A stretch of 64,000 nt of DNA from Nitrospirota bacterium (lineage in GTDB: Bacteria > Nitrospirota > UBA9217): positions 111,104 through 175,103 of the forward strand of contig CAVUHW010000013.1 of assembly GCA_963741205.1 (NCBI GenBank), given 5' to 3'. Of this stretch, positions 59,126 to 64,000 are shown piece by piece. A program made the translations under genes and the position numbers. Position 1 is the first letter of the stretch, and each line of letters starts with the position of its first letter. The notes beneath the pieces are model-generated. The model was not told where the DNA came from. It was given only the letters and a program-made list of their open reading frames with translations, and made no database searches.

Positions 59126-59364
59126 TTCCACTTGTCCTCGGGCGGGCGATCGGCCGCGACGGCAGCCTCGACGGCCTCGAGCTGCTTGTCGGTGAACGAG
59201 GCGCCGTGCGTCTCATAGCGTCGCAAGAGCTCGGCGCCGGACAGGGTGTCCTCGGGCCATCGTGCGCGCAGGATGACCTCACTGAAGGACTCGCCGGGAA
59301 GCGCCGGGGCCGCCCTGAGGCGCTCATACGCCTCGACTTTCAGGGACACAGTCTTGACAGCCAT
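59116..59364 (-). CDS. VapB-type antitoxin
   Basis: MAVKTVSLKVEAYERL..GESFSEVILR; directly upstream of the PIN gene. Confidence 0.82.
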   Translation of the reverse strand: MAVKTVSLKVEAYERLRAAPALPGESFSEVILRARWPEDTLSGAELLRRYETHGASFTDKQLEAVEAAVAADRPPEDKWKER

Positions 59365-59464
59365 GTGCGGAGTGTACATCGCACAGAATACTTGTCAAGT
59401 AATTGCTGGCGATGAACTTATGTCGGCATGCGATTGTTTGGGCCGCGTGCCAGTGCGGCCGCCG

Positions 59465-59692
59465 CTACTCCTCCGGCTCGAAGCAGGCGCGGTCGGGCTG
59501 GCAGACCTCGGGCTGCAGCAACGTCGTCCGGGCCCAGGACCGTCGTCGGTGCGCGCGCACCAGTACTGCGCGGAGGGAGACGCCTCGCTCAGGTCCACGT
59601 GGTCACGGCCGACCACGTAGTACATCTTGGTCCGCAGGCGTCGGCAGACCGGGCGTCGTCGCTGTCGGCGTGTCGGGGTCCGTCGTTGCCAT
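59465..59692 (-). CDS. Small Cys-rich hypothetical protein (frameshifted)
   Basis: Reconstructed CRRLRTKMYY..QYWCART..LGPDD..C..C..RACFEPEE; RBS-like GGAG before ATG. Confidence 0.6.
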
Positions 59693-59701
59693 GGCAGCTC
59701 C

Positions 59702-60677
59702 TTACGCGAGAGAGGAGCGTCCGGCGCACGAGCGTCTGCACGAGGCCGACCTTGTAGCCGTTGTCCGAAGCGGCGGCCGCGCCCACCGATGGCGGCCTCG
59801 CCGCCGCCTCGGCGGTCGCCGCGTCAGGGCTTGCCGACGAGGGCCTGCTCGGCCCGCGTCGACCGCCACGGGATCGGGGCCACCGCGCCCAGCACGATGC
59901 GCGCGTCCCTCACGACGCCGCCGTCGGCTTGAGCGCCGCGGCCACGGCGACGAGCGGCCAGTCGAAGGCCTGCGCGTTCGCGCACCTCGTCGTAGGCCGA
60001 CCTCCCCGCCGCGGCCGCGGGCACGCGGATCTCGGTCAGCGAGCTCGCCCGGCTCGAGCACGTTCTCGCGCTCGGGTTCTTCGTCGGGCAGGCACGAAGA
60101 ACTCGGCCGCGGGCACGGTGCGCTCGCCCTTGGCGCCCGTCGAGGACGAAGGAGGCGCCGAAGGCCACGAGGCCACCGCCGCGTTCGACGGGTGAGCCGC
60201 GTACGAGGGGCCGCCGCCGAAGATCACGTGGTAGCGGTTCTCGCCCGCCCACCGCGAAGCAGACCTCGCCGCCCTTCTTCAGGCACTTGTAGGACTCGAG
60301 CCGGTAGTACCAGCAGCGCGGACGCTGCAGGACGTTGCCGCCGATGCGTGGCGACGTTGCGGATCTGGGGCGAGGCGGCCTCGCCGCAGGCGGGGGCGAG
60401 CGCGCGGGTGGGTCTGCCGGACGCCCGGCGTGCGCGGCGACTTCGCGAGCGTCGCGAGCGGCGCCGATCCGCAGCGCGCCGTCCGCCTCGACCGCGATGC
60501 TCGTCGAGGCCCGGCACGGACTTGAGGTCGACGACGCGCGGCGGCTCGACGAGGTGCTCCTTGAGGTGGTCGAGGAGGTCGATGCCGCCGGCCTTGAGCA
60601 CGCTGCCCGGCTTCTCGGCCAGGAGCTCGCGGGCCTGCGGCGAGGGTCGTGGGCCGGGCCAGCTCGAAGCGATTCAT
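59702..60677 (-). CDS. FAD-binding subunit of a xanthine dehydrogenase-family enzyme (YagS/PaoB-like)
   Basis: KAGGIDLLD, AASPQIRNVAT, RCWYYR..CLKKGG, GAVAPIPWR, NGYKV. Confidence 0.88.
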
Positions 60678-60678
60678 G

Positions 60679-63027
60679 TCAGGCCCTCCTCGTGCCTCGG
60701 CGAGCGCGGCCAGCACGCGGTCGGGGGTGATGGGGCAGAGTCGCGGACGCGCGCGCCGGTGGCGTTGAAGACGGCGTTGGCGACCGCGGCGAGGGTCGGG
60801 ACGATCGGCGGCTCGCCGATGCCGGCGGCCGACGTGTTGTTGCCGACGTTGGCCACGCGGGGTGAGGATCGACACCGCCTCGAACATGTCGTCGGGCGCA
60901 AGGACCTTGTACGACTCGAGGTTGGGGTTCACCATCGTGCCGACGTTGCGGTCGAGGATGCGGTTCTCGAAGAGCGCCCACGAGACGCCCTGGATCATCG
61001 CGCCGATGACCTGGCTCTCGGTGGTGAGCGGGTTCACGGGAAGCCCGCAGTCGTTGACGGAGACCATCTTGATCGACCCGCACGTCGCCCGTCTCGACGT
61101 CGACCTCGACCTCGGCGAACTGCGTGCCCGCGATGTCGCGGCGGTAGGTCTCGTACTGCTTCTTGCGCTCCGCGACGGCCGAGATCGATCTCGCCGGGCA
61201 TCTTCGCCGCGGCCTGCTTGAAGGCGAGGCCTTGCGCGGGCTGCGCGGCGACGAAGATCTTGCCGTCGCGCGGCGTCCAGCTCGTCCGGCTTGCGCCCGA
61301 GCAGCGGCGCCGCGAGCGCGAAGAGCTTCGCCCGGGCCTCGTGCGCCGCGAGCCGGACGACGGGCGCCACCGAGTTGGTCGTGTTGCTGCCGCCCGAGCC
61401 GGGGCCCTCGGGCCAGCGGGTGTCGCCGACGTGCATCGTGATGTCGCGCGGGCTGCAGGCCGAGCTCCTCGGCGGCGACGATCGCCATGGCGGTGCGGAA
61501 GCCGGTGCCGATGTCCTGGGCGCCGGAGAAGACCTCGACGCAGCCGTCGCGATGGATGCGCACCTCCGCGCCCGACGCCTGCGCCGCGCGCGATCACGTA
61601 CCAGTTGCCGTTCGCCATGCCGATCCCGCGCTTGCGCGCGTGGCCGTGGCCGCCGCGCCCGGCTCGTCGCCGCCCGCCTTCTTGTTGCGCCGCTCCCAGC
61701 CGATGGCCTTGGCGCCGATGTCGTACTGGCATGCGCGCACCGGGCTCGCCTCGTTCTTGCGGCGCAGCTCGAGCGGGTCCATGCCCGAGCTTCTCGGCCA
61801 GCTCGTCGACCGCCGACTCGAGGGCGAAGGCGCCCTGCGGATGGCCGGGCGCGCGGAGCGGCGCCGCCGGGCCCGGCGTTGGTGAAGACGTCGTGCTCCT
61901 CGATCTTGAGGTTCGGGTGTTGCGCGTAGAGCGTCGCCCGCCGGCCCGCCGGTGCCGGCGCCGCCGGCGATCCCGGCCGAGCCGAAGGAGCGATGGTGGA
62001 TCGCGGTGAACGTGCCGTCCTTCTTCGCGCCGATGCTTGCACGGTCATGAGCGCGCTCGGCGCGTTGCCGGTGCAGAGGTGCTCCTCTGCCGGTCGAGCA
62101 TGAGCTTGACCGGGGCGCCCGGCCTTCTTCGCGAGCCGGCAGGCGACGATCGCGAAGGCGCTGCCGAGTGGCCGAGGGCGCCGAGCTTGCTGCCGAAGCC
62201 GCCGCCCATGTGCTCGGTGAGCACGCGGACGTTCTTGCGGTCGATGCCGAGCGCCTCGGCGACGCCCGTCGCGCACCGTGAAGACGCCCTGGGTGGAGGC
62301 GTAGATCGTGAGCTGGTCGCCCTCCCACGTCGGCGACGACGCCGTGCGTCTCGAGGCGGCGCGTGGGTGTGGACCGGGACGTGGTACGTGGCCTCGATGC
62401 ACGACGTCGGCCTCGGCGAAGCCCTTGTCGACGTCGCCGCGGTTGGCCGCGGCGCGGGCGCGGGCCGACGACGTTGCCCGTTGCGCGGCCCTGTCGCGGC
62501 CGCCGGGCAGCCGCTCGGGGTCGAAGACGCGGCGGCGCGCCGGCCTTCATGGCCTCTTGAGGTCGGTGACTGAAGGGCTTCTCGTCGTAGGTCGACCTCG
62601 ACGAGGCGCGCCGCGTCCTCGGCGACTCGGGCGTGACGGCCGCGACCGCCGCGATGTCCTGGCCCGCGAAGCGCACCGTCGCGCGAGTCGGTGGTCCACA
62701 CGGCCTTCACCCCGGGAGCGCCTCGGCCTTCGAGGTGTCGATCTCGACGATCTCGCGCGCGGGAACGAGGCGCCGACCATCCGGCCCCAGAGCATGCCCG
62801 GGAGCTTGACGTCGTACGTGTACTTCGCGCGGCCCGGTGACCTTGAGCGGGCCTCGAGGCGCGGGCGCGGCCTTGCCGACGCGCTCGAAGCTTCGACTGT
62901 CGAGGTCCCAGGGCTTGAGATCGCCGTCGGCGGCGTGCACCTCGAGCGGCTTGCGGCGAGCCGGCAGTGGCCGGCCTTCACCGTGGACGGTCGGCGGTCG
63001 GCTCGCGGCTTCGGCTTCCTGCGGCAT
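60679..63027 (-). CDS. Molybdopterin-binding subunit (YagR/PaoC-like), heavily frameshifted
   Basis: KVTGRAKYTYD, STQG, MGGGFGSK, DIGTG, GSGGS, GIGEP. Confidence 0.9.
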
Positions 63028-63029
63028 GG

Positions 63030-63681
63030 CTAGCTCCTGCGCCGGCGCGGGCTTCGCCATGCGCCGCGGCCGCTGCACCGCCTCGAAGATGCGGCCGTAG
63101 GTGCCGCAGCGGCAGAGGTTGCCGGCGAGGCCGGCCTTGATCTCGTCGAGCGTCGGGCTGCGGGTTCTTGCGCCAGGAGCGCCGTGCACGGCGACGACGA
63201 AGCCCGGCGTGCAGAAGCCGCACTGCAGCGCGTCGCACTCCACGAAGGCGGCCTGGACCGGGCTCATCGTCTCCGGCGTGCCGAGGCCCTCGACGGTGGT
63301 GATCTCGTGGCCCACGGCGTCGGCGGCCAGCATCAGGCACGAGCACGACCGGCTTGCCGTCGAGCAGGACCGTGCAGGCGCCGCAGCCGCCGCGGTCGCA
63401 GACCCTTGGCGCCGGTCAGGTCGAGGTCGTTGCGCAGCGCCTCGAGCAGGGTGACGCGCGGCTCGACGCTCAGTGCGCGCCGCGCCGTTGACCTTGAGGG
63501 TGAGGGCCACGGCATCGGGGCCGAGGACCTCGGGGCGGCCTCGCCGCGCTGCCGCCGCGCCCACGAGCGTGGTCGCCGCGGCGCCGACGCCGGCGGTCTT
63601 GAGGAAGGTGCGTCGGGAGAAGGCGGGTGACACATCCCCCTCGTCGTCGGGGGGCGGGGGTCTGCGGGCTATTCGGCGCAC
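63030..63681 (-). CDS. (2Fe-2S) subunit with Tat signal (YagT/PaoA-like); start approximate
   Basis: [31 protein letters not shown]. Confidence 0.9.
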
Positions 63682-63867
63682 CTCGCTTCGTCTAGTGAGG
63701 CGATTCTGTTTCCGGCTGATTCCCCTCGTCAAGCTGGAATCGCGCAATCCGCTTGGGGCGCGGACACCACGTGCATGGTCCGTCGTGTTCAGGCGGCTGA
63801 ACTGCGCGCCCGACTGAGTGTCAACAGTTGTGACGGCGGGATCCACCGTGTGAGTCGAGGCGTCATA

Positions 63868-64000
63868 ATGGCCGACATGCCTCAAGCACAACCTGACGCC
63901 GGCCTCGTCGGCCGCACGCTCGGCGCCTACCGCGTGCTCGAGGCGCTCGGCTCGGGCGGCATGGGGCAGGTGTACCTCGCCGAGGACCCGCGGCTCGGCC
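63868..64000 (+). CDS. Ser/Thr protein kinase, N-terminal part
   Basis: LGAYRVLEALGSGGMGQVYLAEDPRLG. Confidence 0.88.
   Translation, partial: MADMPQAQPDAGLVGRTLGAYRVLEALGSGGMGQVYLAEDPRLG

Noticed and set aside
59403-62009. 868-aa plus-strand ORF
   Set aside because: Arg/Pro/Ala-rich antisense shadow of the xdh-family genes.
56370-64000. Horizontally acquired genomic island
   Set aside because: Genes on both sides are cut mid-sequence and no mobility genes or att sites are present; a chimera is more likely.

Overview
Bacterial sequence with many single-base indels that split genes across frames, most likely long-read or assembly error. It has two compositionally different parts joined at about 56,369. 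(1) 1-56,369, moderate GC, gene content like Nitrospirota or Desulfobacterota (inference). It carries two-component and c-di-GMP signalling genes, a porin, folD and a cyclodeaminase, ccdA-merR, a probable moaD-moaE fusion, mqnB-mqnD divergent from aroC-aroK-aroB, ABC transporters, DUF1015-gap-pgk-tpiA-secG and an IorAB-like molybdoenzyme with xdhC and mocA. An accessory stretch follows (patatin, hicBA, AEC transporter, beta-propeller, B12-radical SAM, cytochrome c peroxidase), then a translationally coupled histidine kinase / REC-TPR-HEPN / MotB(ZorB)-like trio, and DUF5666, CHRD and multicopper oxidase genes. Intergenic spaces hold at least five families of short palindromic or periodic repeats, including a ~43-bp self-nesting mini-element. 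(2) 56,370-64,000, very high GC, Acidobacteria-like (inference): a VWA protein fragment, MNT-HEPN and VapBC toxin-antitoxin pairs, a PaoABC/YagTSR-like operon with a small Cys-rich fourth gene, and the start of a Ser/Thr kinase. I found no rRNA, tRNA or CRISPR array. The best candidates for novelty are the response regulator with a HEPN (RxxxxH) output module and the heme-c sensor kinase whose phospho-His is replaced by Tyr. All family assignments come from motif recognition by eye; no searches were run.
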